From the human T2T-CHM13v2.0 reference genome, Homo sapiens, in NCBI RefSeq assembly GCF_009914755.1, contig NC_060935.1: DNA of 64,000 nt. The stretch is one strand, 5' to 3'. Of the stretch, positions 40,304 through 53,833 are shown one piece after another. The position numbers were made by a program, and so were the translations under genes. Numbering within the stretch: position 1 is the first letter of the stretch; each line of letters starts with the position of its first letter. The notes beneath the pieces were generated by a model. It saw only the letters and a list, made by a program, of their open reading frames with translations. It had not been told where the DNA came from and searched no databases.

Positions 40304-40684
40304 TGCTATGGTCTGAATTTTGTGACTGCCAAAGTTTATATATTCAAATCCTAACCTCCAAAATGATAGCATTAGGAAGTGAGGGCTTTGGGAGGTGATC
40401 AGGTCATTGGGGCAAAGCCCTCATGAATGCAATTAGTGCCCTTATTTAAAAAAAAAAAAAAAGGCCTGAGGGAGACTGAGATTCCTTGCCCCTTCCACCA
40501 TGTGAGGACACAGAGATAAGGCAGTGTCTATGAGACAGAAAGCAGGCCCTTTACGAGACACTGAATCTGCAGGTCCCTTGATCTTAGACTGCCCACCCTC
40601 CAGGACTGTAAGAAATAAATATTTGTTGTTTATCAGCTACCCAGTTTATGATATTTTGTTATAGCAGTTTAAAAGACTAAGAAA
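40304..40684 (+). mobile_element. MLT1A-like solo LTR
   Basis: TGCTATGGTCTGAAT...TTTGTTATAGCAG...GACTAAGA; near-TSD GCCTC/GCTTC. Confidence 0.88.
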
Positions 40685-40771
40685 GCTTCCTTTCTCCCAA
40701 TTTGCACACAATATTAAATAATGAAATATAATTTGAGTATTCATTGTCAAAGAAGGCTATCATGGTCACCT

Positions 40772-40949
40772 ACAGAATTCAATGCCATATCTATCTTTCT
40801 AGACAAGCATCACCTTCTGAAAATATTACCCAATATTTTGAACCAGAATTTATGGTAAAACAGAATTCAACCCCATATCTATCTTTCTAGACATGCATCA
40901 CCTTCTGAAAATATTACCTAATATTTCGAACCAGAATTTATGGTAAAAC
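40772..40949. repeat. Direct tandem duplication, 2 x 88 bp
   Basis: CAGAATTCAA...TATGGTAAAA at 40773 and 40861; 5 substitutions counted by eye. Confidence 0.95.
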
Positions 40950-42528
40950 TTTAACTGTAGCACAAAGGCCTTGAATCAACCATAAGCAAATCACATTTCC
41001 TTGAAATACTCAGTATTTAAGATGTGGAAGGAGAAATGCCCAACTACCTTTATTTACTTTCACCCACATCAACACTCCTGAACTTTCATGCTATCAAATA
41101 ATTCTTTTTTAAGTTTCATTTATTTTGTATATTTGCTTATTCTTTTGAAGAATATTTTATGGGAACCTATTTTGCACCAGGTATTGATTTTGGTATTGAG
41201 GGTATAGTAGTAAATGAAACCAAGGAAAGCCTACCCTCACATGGTTTACATTTTAATTGTTGAGGATTTCCCTTCAAGAAATATTATTGGGAGTTTTATG
41301 TGAGTCCATTTGTGTTGTGGATACAGAGATAAGTTCAGCAAGGCAAATGACAAATCAAGATATTCTCTTTAGAAGAAATCTAGAGAGATCCTGGTGGACA
41401 CATCTTGCATTTTAAAGCAAATGCATGATCTCTTCATGTTAAAAATCACTTTTAATATCCTACTATGCTTTGGTAGAGAATGAATTCCGGGTCTTGGGAT
41501 ACCAGGTGACCTTGACCCTGAAGCAGCTGGTTTAAAGGAAATATGGGCTTGGTGGTAGAGGCAGGAAGTATAAATACCAGCCATGACTCTGCCCTGTGAC
41601 TAAAGGGGAAATAAGGACCACTATGCCTGCCCACGGTTTATTTCTTGCTATTTATTTACCTGAAATAAATTTCATTTGTTTTCTTCTTCCTTTATTCTAC
41701 TATTTTATATCAGATATGTTATTGATAGTTATCATTACAATTTACTCTAGAAGGTAGAGAATATCAAAGGGCTCATCATGGAACTAGAGTCAGAATCGAT
41801 ATAGTAACAGATTATCAAATACATATATGTTAGAGCTTATTTTATCCCATGCCTTTTTCCAGGCACTTTACATCTATTAGCCCATTTAGTATTTCTAGGA
41901 ATTGTAGCACATAGATACTTACAAAAAAAAATGGGGAGGAAAAATCAGTTAGTAAGTTGTCTGAGGTCAGAAAGCAAGAATATGATGGAGCTCGAGTTGT
42001 TGTCAGGCAGTTTGGGTTTCAGAGTCTGCGATCTTAAGCACAGTGCTTTAGGGACTCTAAACAGATATTGGGTTGGATTCCATAAGGCAACTTGATTTTC
42101 CAAAGATATTTCACATACCACTGGATACACCAAGTCACAGGGGCCATGTAAGAGAGATGCTTGCACTATGGAGTGGATCGGCTATGACATGGAATGAAAT
42201 ACCCACTAATGAGATACCTGCTATAAACATGACCCTCCCTGCTTTTTAGGGTAAAGGAAAGCACATTTTATTTTGTGTACAAAATAACTGCACTGTGTTA
42301 GGCAGAAACATCTGGTACTGTTGTAGTTTGAAATTTAAATATCGTCTGCGTAATCTGATACTGCACAACAAAGGGGGTGAATTGTAGTAGTTTTTTTTTT
42401 TTTTTGCGGGGGGGCATATGAAGTCTTTGAAAAGTCTTTCTACATTTATGGAATTCAGTACCTTATGAGATCCCTAATCCCTTTATAGAAGCCACATGTA
42501 GAAGCTTTTACCAAAAAGAAATACTTTT

Positions 42529-42876
42529 TGTAGTCAGATTGACCTGCTTCAGAAAATATCATAAACTGGGAGGCTTATCAACAACGCACATTTATTTCAC
42601 ACAGTTCTGGAAGCTGGGAGGTCCAAGATCAAGGTGCCAAAAGATTTGGTGACTGGCGAGAGCCCACACTCTTGTTCATAAATGCCCCCTTCTAGCTTTT
42701 CCTCACATGTTGAAAGAACAAAAAAGTTTTCTGGGATCTCTTTCAGAAAAGCATGAATCATATCCACGAGAACTCTGTCCCTTTTACCTAATCACTCTGC
42801 AAAGGCCCTTTCTCATGTTGGGTTTACTATTTCAACATATGAATTTTGGGTGGAAAGAAATATTAAAATCATAGTA
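42529..42876 (-). mobile_element. MLT1A-like solo LTR
   Basis: AAACTGGGAGGCTTA, CAGTTCTGGAAGCTGGGAGGTCCAAGATCAAGGTGCC, TTTCAACATATGAATTTTGGG. Confidence 0.8.
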
Positions 42877-43009
42877 ATATATCTATGTTAAAATATTTTA
42901 AATCAAAAGCTAGTGTTAGACAACAATGTGAATATATTTAATGCCACAGGACCATCTAACTAAGAATGGTTCAAAATGGTAAGTTTTATGTTATGTATAT
43001 TTGATCATT

Positions 43010-43200
43010 TATCTTTATTATCCCATTTAACTGTCACAAAAATAAAAGGAGATGTAAACTATGATTTTACTCTTTACAAATGAAGAAAATTATGACAAGT
43101 GGGGTTAAGTAACTTGTCTGAAGTCATGTTGCAAACAGTAGAACCAAGACTGGAACCCAGGTTTGCTTGATGTCAGTTCCTATGCTCTTAACTACTGTCC
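43010..43200 (-). mobile_element. MIR SINE
   Basis: TTTACAAATGAAGAAA, GGTTAAGTAACTTGTCTGAAGTCA, GAACCCAGGT, TGCTCTTAACTACT. Confidence 0.7.
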
Positions 43201-44791
43201 TATAAAAGTTACTGATTGATAGTCCTGCACTAATATATTCCAGTGGTACTGTACTTTAAAGACTTAAGAGAAGTAATATAAAGATTTTAACTAATAACAA
43301 CTAAACCCAAAGTCTGAAGAGCTGAGTTACAGACCTGGCTCTTGTGTATCACATGAATCTGAGCCAGTGACCCACTTTCCTGGGCCTGCGATTTCTCTTC
43401 TGTAAAATGAGGGATTGCATCAACTGAGTCAAAATCCTCTACAGCTCTGCCATTCCACACTTCCAGCCTCTAATTAGATGTCTCTCCTCTTATCCACCTT
43501 GTTAACAAGAAGAAATACAAAAAGCTATTAATTCTCCATAGAGCTTTGAAGTTGTCCTTACATCCTCATCTCCCTCCTCCTTGTGCCTGGGTAGAATCAT
43601 GATGTGATAAAAAGTCTAAGGAACTTTTTTATGTGCAACCCAGATAATCCAAGGTCAGGCTGTAGAAGCCGTTGTGCAACTGTTGGTTGAAAATCAATAG
43701 TACATGTCCTGTATTCAGGGACATACACACACAAATAAACACAAATCACTTACGATGACATCTGGTCCTTTGATTTCATAATGCAAATGCCAAAGGGTTA
43801 TTTTGTTTTTTCCAATGTCATCTCATAAAGGCAATATATTCCCTGAGGCAGGCTTTGGACCCGAGTATGAACAGGGTCATTATTGTTGAATTTTAGGATT
43901 CTCCCTGGGAATTTAGGTGTCACTAAAGCAGCGATGTTGTCTTCGGCCTTAAGCAACCAATTGATACCCATACACCAGTTCTTTTTGTCATTATGACCAG
44001 TATATCGGCTCTAATATTATTGATATTTTCATCACCCAAATTAGTTTTCAGGATTTACTGCCAGACTGGAAATACTGGGTTAGAGACTGGGAGTTCCATT
44101 GTAGTATTTTAACATAGTCGACTATTAATAATAATAAAAATAATAATACCTGTACTATTTATTTAGTCTGTGCAGGCATTGGGATAAGAGCTTTATAAGC
44201 ATCATCTAATGTTATGGCAACCTTATATGTTAAGTACTATTATTTTTTCTTTAATTTATATATGGAGAAACTTAGGTTTAGAGAGGAGAAATGATTTCCC
44301 CAAAGTCACATAGCTAGTATTGAAGGCCTGTGTGACTTCAGGCCTTATTCCCTTAACCCCTTCATTATTGAGATAATGACTCCCATTGAGAATCAGCCTG
44401 CCTAAAATATACATGAAATAGAATCTTATTTAGAAATTCTAACAGTGTAGCAGAGCTCATCCTGTTTCATTAGTGAAGAAAGTTTCTTTTCAATCTGAGA
44501 AAGCCATTCATTTAGACTGAGTTTCAGGAAGGAGAGACACATAGGGATATACCAAAATTAGCTGGCTAGTGTCAATGAGGCATGACCAAAGAGTCCATGG
44601 GGACAGAAGCAGTGATTTAACTTCAGGTTCAGTCCCAGAGGCAAAGACCGAATTGAGGACCAAAGCCAAGGTCACTTACTAGGTATGTGAATGGAGCATG
44701 CCACGTGAAGGAAGAAGTCATTAAATCATCAGTTAGCAATGACAAAAAAACAAAGTAGCTAGAAATTGGTCTTTTAAAAAACTAGGTAGTA

Positions 44792-45519
44792 ACCAGTCAG
44801 AATGGCTATTATTAAAAAAATAAAAAAATAATAATTTATGCTGGCAAGGTTGCAGAGAAAAGGGAACACTTAGGCACTGTTGGTGGGAATGTAAATTAAT
44901 CCAACCATCGTAGAAAGCTGTGTGGCAATTCCTCAAAGAGCTAAAAGCAGAACTAGCATTTGACCCGGCAATCCCATTACTGGGTATATACCCAGAGGAA
45001 TATAAATCATTCTACAATAAAGACAGATGCATGCAAATCTTCATTGCAGCGCTATTCGTAATAGCAAAGACAAGGAATCAACCTAAATGCTCATCGATGA
45101 CAGACTGGATAAAGAAAATGTGGTACATATAAACCATGGAATACTAGGCACTCATAAAAAAGAATGAGATCGTGTCTTTTGTGGGAACATGGATGGAGCT
45201 AGAGGCCATTTAATTAGCAAACTAATGCAGGAACAGAAAACCAAATACCCTACGCTCTCACTTATAAGTGGGAGCTAAATGATGAGAACTTACGGTCACA
45301 AAGAAAGAAACAACAGACACTGGGGTCTACTTGAGGGTGGAGGTTGGGAGGAGGGAGACGAGCAGAAAAAATAACTGTTGGATACTAGGCTTAGTACTTA
45401 GGTGATGAAATAATTTGTGCAACAAGTCCCTGTGACATGAATATAACTATATAACAAACCTGCACATGTGCCCCCAAACCTAAAAAAAAAAAGTTAAAAT
45501 GAATAAAAATGAAAAGATT
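44792..45519 (+). mobile_element. 5'-truncated L1PA (approx. L1PA15/16)
   Basis: Supplied ORF 44920-45132 is the L1 ORF2 C-terminus; 3'UTR and A-rich tail; near-TSD AAAAACTAGGTAGTAA / AAAAATTGGGTAGTAA. Confidence 0.92.
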
Positions 45520-45994
45520 AAAAATTGGGTAGTAAAAGTAGAGGAATTTCAGTGGTCCTACTTAAAATCGGAAGATGCTCTTACTTCGAGGAGCTTGAGT
45601 CATGCCTAGTCACTAAGATATAATTCTGTACCTGAACTGATGAGCCTAAAGCTAGTATGGAAGAAATGACTAGACTTCACAGTCCAGTGAAAAAGCATTT
45701 AAAAAATAGGTGCAACACAGAGACAGAGAAAAAAGCAGACTGATTCTAAATTAGATGATCGCAGATTTTGAAACAAATACCTGCAATAGGGAAGGGTAAA
45801 TCATCAGGCTTATAAAACTGTATAGATATATTTAAATTGCACTCAGTATGCAATTGCTTCATAATTAAACCCTGCTGGGTAAGCTCACTCACCAAAAAGC
45901 AGGTTGAGAGTAAACCTGTTGAAAGGGTACAGAGAGTCTTACTTGCAGACACCAAGTTCTGATTGACAAAGATTTCTCCCATTACAAAAATTGT

Positions 45995-46570
45995 ATTTAT
46001 TTATTCCTATTTATTCAGTAGAAAATATTTTTCATGTACATTTTGAGTTCTAGACATAGAGTGGTAGGCATAGTGGACAAGATCCCTGCCCTCACTGAAC
46101 TTACATTCAATTAGAAAAAGTAAGTCAACAGTCAATAACAGCACAGTGGGATAATGCAGGGTGCAAGGGAACCTAACCAGAGATATGGGGACGACAATGA
46201 CTTTCCAGAAGAAATTATACTTAATTTGGACTAAGGGATTAGTGAGAGTGATTCTGGAAAAAAGAAGCAGGGGGCAGGGTATTCTAAGATCAATGAATAG
46301 CATCTGGAAAGACTCATAGTCTACTGGAAGTATGATCAATTTTACCAAGTGTCAAACGTTCACTATGCTCAGAGTACCATTTGCAAAGGCTAAGTGGAAA
46401 GACATGAGGGTGGCCAGGTTCACAGGAGATAGCACAGGAGAATTTTGTAGGTTAAGATATTAGTACCTTTCCTGAGACAAATGGGAAGACATTGATGCGT
46501 GCCATTGATGAGTGCCAAGGAAGAAAATGAAATGATCATATTTACATTTTAGGAAAAGTGTTTTGATTTA
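45995..46570 (-). mobile_element. L2 LINE 3' fragment
   Basis: ATTTATTTATTC tail, CCCTGCCCTCACTGAACTTACATTC, AAATGGGAAGACATTG, ATGATCATATTTACATTTTAG. Confidence 0.7.
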
Positions 46571-46979
46571 GCTCCAGGCTATGTTAGTTTGAATGACATG
46601 TGTTATTTCCCTGAAAACAACTGATAAATATCTTTGGTCATCCCAGAATGAGCTAATGAAATTCACTTTCTCAACCTATAAAGCTGAAGCAATCCCCTGA
46701 AGGTGACACCACAGATAGAAGCAACTATGTAGTTTGTCTTTTATTACCAAAATATAGTATACAGTGACAGTGACTTAGGAGTCTCAAGTGTTCCATTTAA
46801 AAATCCACATCCTCTCCATTTAGTTAATTCTGATTGTAAATTGATCACTAGCTCACATAACTGTTGTTTGTAGACAAAAATGGTGGCTCAAAATAACAAA
46901 GATAATGGACATTAGCCTTTTTGGACCAAAATTTTTGGTGGCCTTAACCTTTTAAAAGAGAACTTCACATAATAATGTC

Positions 46980-47215
46980 AACTGCTCATTGAATAGGTTT
47001 CGGGAAATATTGTAAAGACTTCATGTGCATTATCTTATAACTTTATGATAATTCTTTGAGGTTAGCACGGGCATTATCCTTACCTCTCAGATAAGAACAC
47101 TGAGGCTTAGAGAGGTTTCAGTAGCTTGCTGAGGGATGTAGTTACCAACTGCAAAGCTTGCCTTCAAACCCATATCTGTCCTATTGCAAAACACATGCTT
47201 TTAACCATGATCCAG
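46980..47215 (-). mobile_element. MIR SINE
   Basis: CAGATAAGAACACTGAGGCTTAGAGAGGTT, TTCAAACCCA, ATGCTTTTAACCA. Confidence 0.7.
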
Positions 47216-50200
47216 TTCTGCTTCTTTTTCATAGAGTGATGTGAGAAATGTCACAGTGCAAACTATCCTATCTGGTAATGAAGAAAATCACTGAAGAAAA
47301 CTGTCCATTTTAACGTCAATTATGTTGGAGCTCAAATGTGAATGCACTCTAAAACTTGGTAGAACAACCCTGTTGAAAATGACAAACATATGTAATCATT
47401 TATAATACCTTTATTTTCATCCTGCACAAGCAAGGATCTGGAAAATCAGACTCAGATAGGGATTTTAGAATTTAGAATTAAGTGACTATATGTATGGGAA
47501 GTTAGCCCATAACTTCAGAACAAGAGGTTAGAAAATACAGTAAAAATAGTCAGAAAAAGCACTTAACCAAAAGAGAGACTAGACAAAATTTTAGTCAAAA
47601 TTAAAGACGAAACACTTGGTGTCAGCAAGACTAAGCAAGTTCTTATGGTTGAGAAAGAAATGAGAGGCAGAGAAAGAGATTCTGCAGGCAGTTCTTAAGA
47701 CATAGACGCATATGCCTTGTGTAGAAAACAGTAAGCTGGTTTGGACTCAGCCTCCCATCATATGTAGGAGTTTTATCCGTGATAGATTGATAGAAAGAGT
47801 TATCATTCACCTCCACTTCAGGAAAGACACTTCAAATAGATTAGATCCTTGAGTAGACCAAGGCATTCTCTAAAGCCCAGAAAGGCCTGTACTGTAAGAG
47901 GCACTATAGGAGAATGGTTTGAGAACAACTTTCTAGAGGTAGGCTTCTTAAGTTTGACACACAGTTTCAGCACTAACTGTTTGTCCTTCAGAAACTGCCT
48001 TATTCTCTTTATGCTTCAGTTCTCTCATCTATAAATTAAGATAATAATATCAATATCTACATCATAGAGTTGATATAGGAATAAATGAGGAAATCCACTG
48101 GAAAACCTAGCACAGTGACTTGCACAAAATCATAACCTAAAAATATCATCATCATTGTTATTATTACCATCAACATTTTCATAGTTACATACTTGGATTC
48201 TGTAGTTATTAAGATACTGCTTCAGAATACAGAGATTTTGGTAAATGGAATAGAATTTCAAACAACAACAACAATAAATAAAGCCTTTGAAAAGTTCAAG
48301 GATCTTGAATAAGGCCAGTGTAAACTAAAGTACCAAGCAAATGAGAAAGTGCTGATGAGGTGGTAGATGTAGCAGAAGGCTAATCAGGCATGCCTTGCAA
48401 TTCTAATGAAAAATTCAGTTTTATTCCAATGGCAGCATAATCATCAATAAACTAGGTTCCTTCCCCAAAGGGGCAGGTGGGCAAATAAGTGGATATGTCA
48501 GTGCACTATGATAGCTGTGCTAAAAATTAAAACAGGAGTTTTAGTGCAAAGAGAAAGGAAACTTCACTCAGCCTTCAAGGAGCCTTCCGCACCTTGAAAG
48601 AGAGAGGGAAAATATGTCTATAGCCACAATTCCATAAAAGGAAAGAAAATGAGGTCTTGGCTTGCTTCACATCTTATCAGAAGATGTTTCCATCCTCTTT
48701 CTATGCAAAATGCCTACCATCTGGGTCACTATTACAAAACAACGGTAATTTTATGGAATAAAATTATGAAAAGTAAGAGTAAATTTGTATTATGTCCATG
48801 CCACTGTAGAATGTCAGAGTACATGTTGGTTTTTTCAATTTTCCCACCAACAAATCTCTTGCCAGGAAGTCCCTGCTTTTGAAAGTTTCAGGGTTGATGA
48901 CCTTTCATATCATGATAGATTGGAAGAAAACTCAAGTCTATTAATGGTCAGCTGGGCAAAGTAGCAGGCAAGCAGATGTACATTTTCACAATACCCTCAA
49001 AGGAGAAATTTGAAATGATTACTTATTTCCATTGATGGAGAGAATGGTTTGTAATAGGCAGAGATTTTATGAGTGTTCCTGAAATTCTGAAGCTCAGAAG
49101 GTGCCATCTTCAGACTTCTTACATCTTGTCATTTTGAAAGTGTAGTTTGGCCAAGTATGTTGGTAGCTTAGCTGGGAAGTAGATCTCAGGCTCAGATGCC
49201 AGCTAGTATGGTCCCAGGGTCCAGAAGACTGGCAAGGTCATCATAATGGATGACATCTGGCTCTGGCATTAATGAAGAACATTTGAGTTTTGGCCTCTTA
49301 GCCAAAGCCACTCAATGAAGACATCAAGCAGTTTAAATATTTCCTGATATCAGGAGGTAAATATCTGAGGCTCCCAGAAGTATCAAGATCCCAAATCATG
49401 TAGAGATGTCTTACACAAGAATTCAGCAAACATTTTATTCTTATTGCTCACCACCTGCAATGAGCCTTCCACTCCAGATGTTTTAGCTTGAGTAGCCTTC
49501 CATATATGACAGACCCAGTTTTACTCTCCCACCGGGACTCCTGCTGGTCAACCCTCCTCTCTAGTTCTCAAAATCCTGACAATCCTTTTAGATCTGGCTC
49601 CAGAGCTATCTCCTCTATGGAAAAAGGACTTAATTTCTCCGTCCCACAGTAGGGCAATTGCCTTCCTCAGAACTCCCTCATCATGTAGTTTCTAGGACTA
49701 GAAGAAAACCTCAACCATAACTACAATGAGGTAGTTAATACATATCAAAGAGCAACCATAAATGTGTATTCACAAAATAAGCTGTCAGACAAAATTAGCA
49801 ATTTTCTAGCTTTTTCCATTAAATATATAGTTACCGGATAATTTGTTATGTCTTCAATGAGCACTTTTATTAGCACATAAGAGGTATAGGTATTAATGGT
49901 TTAGTTAAAAAATGTGTTGAACAAAAGCTTAAGTTAATAAATAAATCATTGTCACTTTTAGTATTTTCTGGGAACTGGAGAAATGCCAACTTTGAGATTT
50001 TTAAATATGAGGTATCTCAGTATATCCCATAGAATACCAGTGTTTGCTCTTAACATATTGGGACCCAGTGACCCAGATTCTTTAAGCCTGTGTCCAGATC
50101 TGTCCAGTCATATTTGTTATGCTTCATCCAGATACAGACTGAGCTTCTTGCCCCTGAACTACCTGAATTTTTGCCTGACTGATCAGCTGGCAGGCAGACA

Positions 50201-51689
50201 GGCTGTTGGACTTTTTGATGGGCCAACTGGCGAGTTCCACTGGAAATATATAAACTCAATAGAAATAGGTAAAAATATAGCATTTTAGTAAGTCCTGGAA
50301 ATAAGACCTCTCCAGAGACAAAAGTAGAATGTTTCTAGCATTTTTTGGGGGGACCCAAAATTGACATTCATTTACTCATCATACATGGTGGGAGATACAA
50401 TGTTGATGTTACAACTATCTACCATGATTGAACTGATCCATTCCAGGATTTAAACTAACACATAAATGTGTTTTCCTCATTAGTTATTGGCATGGATACA
50501 TGACAAAAGGCTGCCTGTCACGTGGTTAGGTAGAATGTTGTCTTCGCAAATGGCTGCTCAAAACAGATGCTCTCCCCACCTCTCCCACTCCACCCAAATC
50601 CCAGGAAAAATGGGTCTGGTAGGGAGGATATGATCAAAGATAAAGGATTTAAATACACATAGGTACACACACATACACACGCATCCACACACCACACACA
50701 CACTCACATATAACCTGAGGTTTTGTCTTAAGAGAAGTCAGTTCTTTTTAAAAAGTACCATCTTTACACTGAACAAAACAAATAAGACTAGGGATTTGTG
50801 TATTTGCTTTTAACAGATCTTCTCAAAATATACATTCTCTAAATGTGGAAGAGGCAACTAGTAGCATCTGTGCCCACAACATGAATCTGGTAACATAAAG
50901 TGTGTTCATGGACAAACAGGAGGAGCTTTTATTGAAATCCATAGAGTGCCCTACCTTGGGACTGAAGGAAGTAGCTAGGACCTGTTGGGGACCTGTGGCT
51001 CTTTGTCTTCTCAGAAGGCCAATTAAAGTTGGAATTCAGAGTATCTGTGGTCTCTAGCAGCAACTCAAGGCTGACTCTTGGCTTAGGACTCTGTGAACTA
51101 TAGGAAACCAAGGGTTAGACAGAAATCAGTTGGCAACTTGGCTGAGACATTGCTCCTCATCAATCAACTCCCAGCAGCATGGAAGGACATTTCTTCTCTA
51201 CTTCTCATATTTGGTTTGAATCAATTAATTTGTAATACTCTAGGACTAGGAAAACAGGCTAAACATTTTATTTTTTTCAGCCACAGCTTTTTCTCCTAAC
51301 CGTCCACCTCTCTGTCTTGAAAACATAATATCTACCACATTTTCATCACATTACTGTACCCAGATGATAACTCAGTGGTATAAGTGCCATTCCAAGTATC
51401 ATTTAAAACAGATGAGTATATGCATTTGATAAAGGATGATTATACAGTCATATATAGTATGGAATCTAGGGGCATGACCCTTGGCTAGATTAAATTGTAT
51501 CCTCTAGTATTTTTGAGAAAGTCATTTAAAATGCATTGGCCTCTATTTGTCTGTAATAATAGGAAAATACTTTCAGATCTACTGTTAGGGTAATAATTAA
51601 ATGAAGTCATAGTTAAGAATTATTTTTTAATTTAAGCACCAAGGTAATAAGGGATTATCATGAAAATTATAAAACAAAGATTATTGAGA

Positions 51690-51940
51690 ATGGTTATGAT
51701 ATTCAGTTCTAGAGGTTCTCATCAACAGCACTGAATTCAAGTCCTAGGACTGTCTGCTTCTCATTAGCTGTGTGAACTTTGTAAAGTCTCCAAACTTCAA
51801 CACTGGCTGCCTCATTTGTAAAAAAGGAATGATAATAATTCTACCTCACAAGAGTTATTTTATCAGGTTTAAATTACATGATGAAATTAAGCTCTTAACA
51901 CAGTGCCTGGCAAGGAGTAAGTGCTTAATAAATTATCAGC
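51690..51940 (+). mobile_element. MIR SINE
   Basis: ATTAGCTGTGTGAACTT, CCTCATTTGTAAAA, AACACAGTGCCTGGCA, AGTAAGTGCTTAATAAAT. Confidence 0.75.
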
Positions 51941-51964
51941 TAGTATACTATTGGGAAACATATG

Positions 51965-52540
51965 GCTCATACAGTTTAGAATAATTTGAGGAAGATTCAA
52001 TAAAGGGACAATATGCAAAAAGTGCAGAGCTGTTTGTTAACTACAAGAGATAGTGCAGAGATATTACCATCACTATATGGGAAAAAATGAAGGTGTATGG
52101 AGGTACCTGACCCAGAGGAAGAGATTAAGAGAGAATTGCCTTAAGAAGAGCTAAGAACTTTGATGGAGGGACATTTTAGCTCAAGGAGACCTTGCATAGA
52201 CCTCAGTTTTTCCTCTTCTTCTAATCTCTAGCTCTGTTCTCCATTGACCAATGAAACTGGAACTTTGAAGGCAAAGGACGCCTACCGCAGTCCAGAGTTC
52301 AGTAATTTATTTTCTGTAAAGAGTCAGATAGTAAATACTTTTGACATGCAAGTCATGGTCTCTTGAAAACAGCCAATGACATTATGTAAATGATGGGTGT
52401 TACTGTGTCAATAAAACCTTAGTTACCTAATGAGGCAACAGTTTACAGATACCTGATGTAGTCCATACAAATCGGATTCCTGATGCAGAGGAGAAAACTG
52501 GAAAATTGATCAGAGGGGCAGATGAAGGATATCCACTTCA
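51965..52540 (-). mobile_element. LTR33-like ERVL LTR containing a nested MER58-like hAT fossil (52293-52455)
   Basis: CTCCATTGACCAA...GAAGGCAAAGGA, ATGTAGTCCATA and GAGGGGCAGATGAAGGATATCCA flank TTTTCTGTAAAGAGTCAGATAGTAAATA...CAATAAAACC. Confidence 0.6.
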
Positions 52541-53404
52541 AGATAATGATAGCTATCTTAACTGTTATGCAGGCTCTATTATGAATATCATTTTAACTGT
52601 ACATGAGTTGAAGACATTAGCATCTTGTTTCAGCTATATAATGGCTTTTGTTTAACCATGCCAATTTTATATGGGTGTACTACAGAAAACTACAAATAAA
52701 GCTATATAAGCTCCATGAAGGTAAAGACTACATTTTATTCACAACTGTAAATCCTAGGCCTAGCTCAGTGTTTTGGTGTACTGCAGATGCTCAATAAATA
52801 TTGGACAAATTAATGAATCCCAAATTGTACTAGATGTCCTGAAAAGGATGAAGTCATCATCATTTTATATAGAGGTATAACATACACACAAAACTACACA
52901 CATTTTAAATATACGGGCTCGATAAGTCTTGACAAAATTAATACATCCATTTAATTATCATTCAGATCAGAAAAGAGAGTATTACCAGCATCTCATAAAA
53001 CTTCTTGACCTTCCTCCAAGTCACTATCCCTTTTCCCCAAAAGTAACTACTGTTTTTATCTCCATCATCGTAGATTAGTTTTGTCTTTTTGGTTTGTATC
53101 AGGTTTCTTTCATTCAACATTGTGTTTGTAGATTCATAGGTGGTGGTGTAATGAGAAGCAATTTGTTCATTTTCATTGTTGTATGTTATTTCATTATATG
53201 ACATAGCACTATTTATTTTTCTAGTCTATTATATGGGCATATGAGTTGTTTCCAGGCTTTAGCTACTACAAAGACGGCTTCAATAAAAATGTTCGTGCAT
53301 GTATTTTGTTGCCCATATGACTACATTTCTATTGGAGATATGCTTAGTGGGGGAGATAAGTTGGAAAACATGGCAGGAGCTTGTTTGGCTTTAGTATATA
53401 CTAC

Positions 53405-53833
53405 TGTAAAGCCCAAATAACAAAGTGGCTGTCTAAAAGAAAATGATATTTATTTGGGATTGAGCATTGCAGTGGGAATATAATGGGTACATTCAGGGAG
53501 GTAAAGGAAGACAAGAGTTTTTAAAGGAAAAATGAGGAGAGTTACATGAGTTGTTTTGAAACAATTATCCTTGGCTGTAAGGATTAATAACAAGTTTGAG
53601 GTCAGTCCAAGTTTGAACAGGCAGTTGCTGGGCAGATGTCCTCATAGAAGCATTTTTTTGTGTGTGTAAGGGTTGCTGTGGCATTTGTGCAATGTTGTGG
53701 TTTATGTAGTCTTCTGTGAAAGTTCCTATTACCAGGCATACTTGCATGAGAATCCTCCCTTCATGGCCTTGCCTGTTCCCATTTTTCAGGGTTTTGATAC
53801 AAGTGGCTCCATTTGATTCTGACAATTTTCATA
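53405..53833 (-). mobile_element. MER65-like ERV1 solo LTR
   Basis: Reverse complement starts TATGAAAATTGTCAGAATCAAATGGAGCCACTTG; contains GAGGACATCTGCCCAGCAACTGCCTG; 4-bp TSD CTAC at 53401-53404 and 53834-53837. Confidence 0.85.

Noticed and set aside
43748-43846. Minus-strand coding exon ending at a GTAAGT donor (ACTTAC at 43748-43753)
   Set aside because: All three minus-strand frames contain stops in the ~87 nt before the donor, and the acceptor lacks a pyrimidine tract
49342-49355. 14-bp palindrome TCCTGATATCAGGA
   Set aside because: Several palindromes of this length are expected by chance in 64 kb
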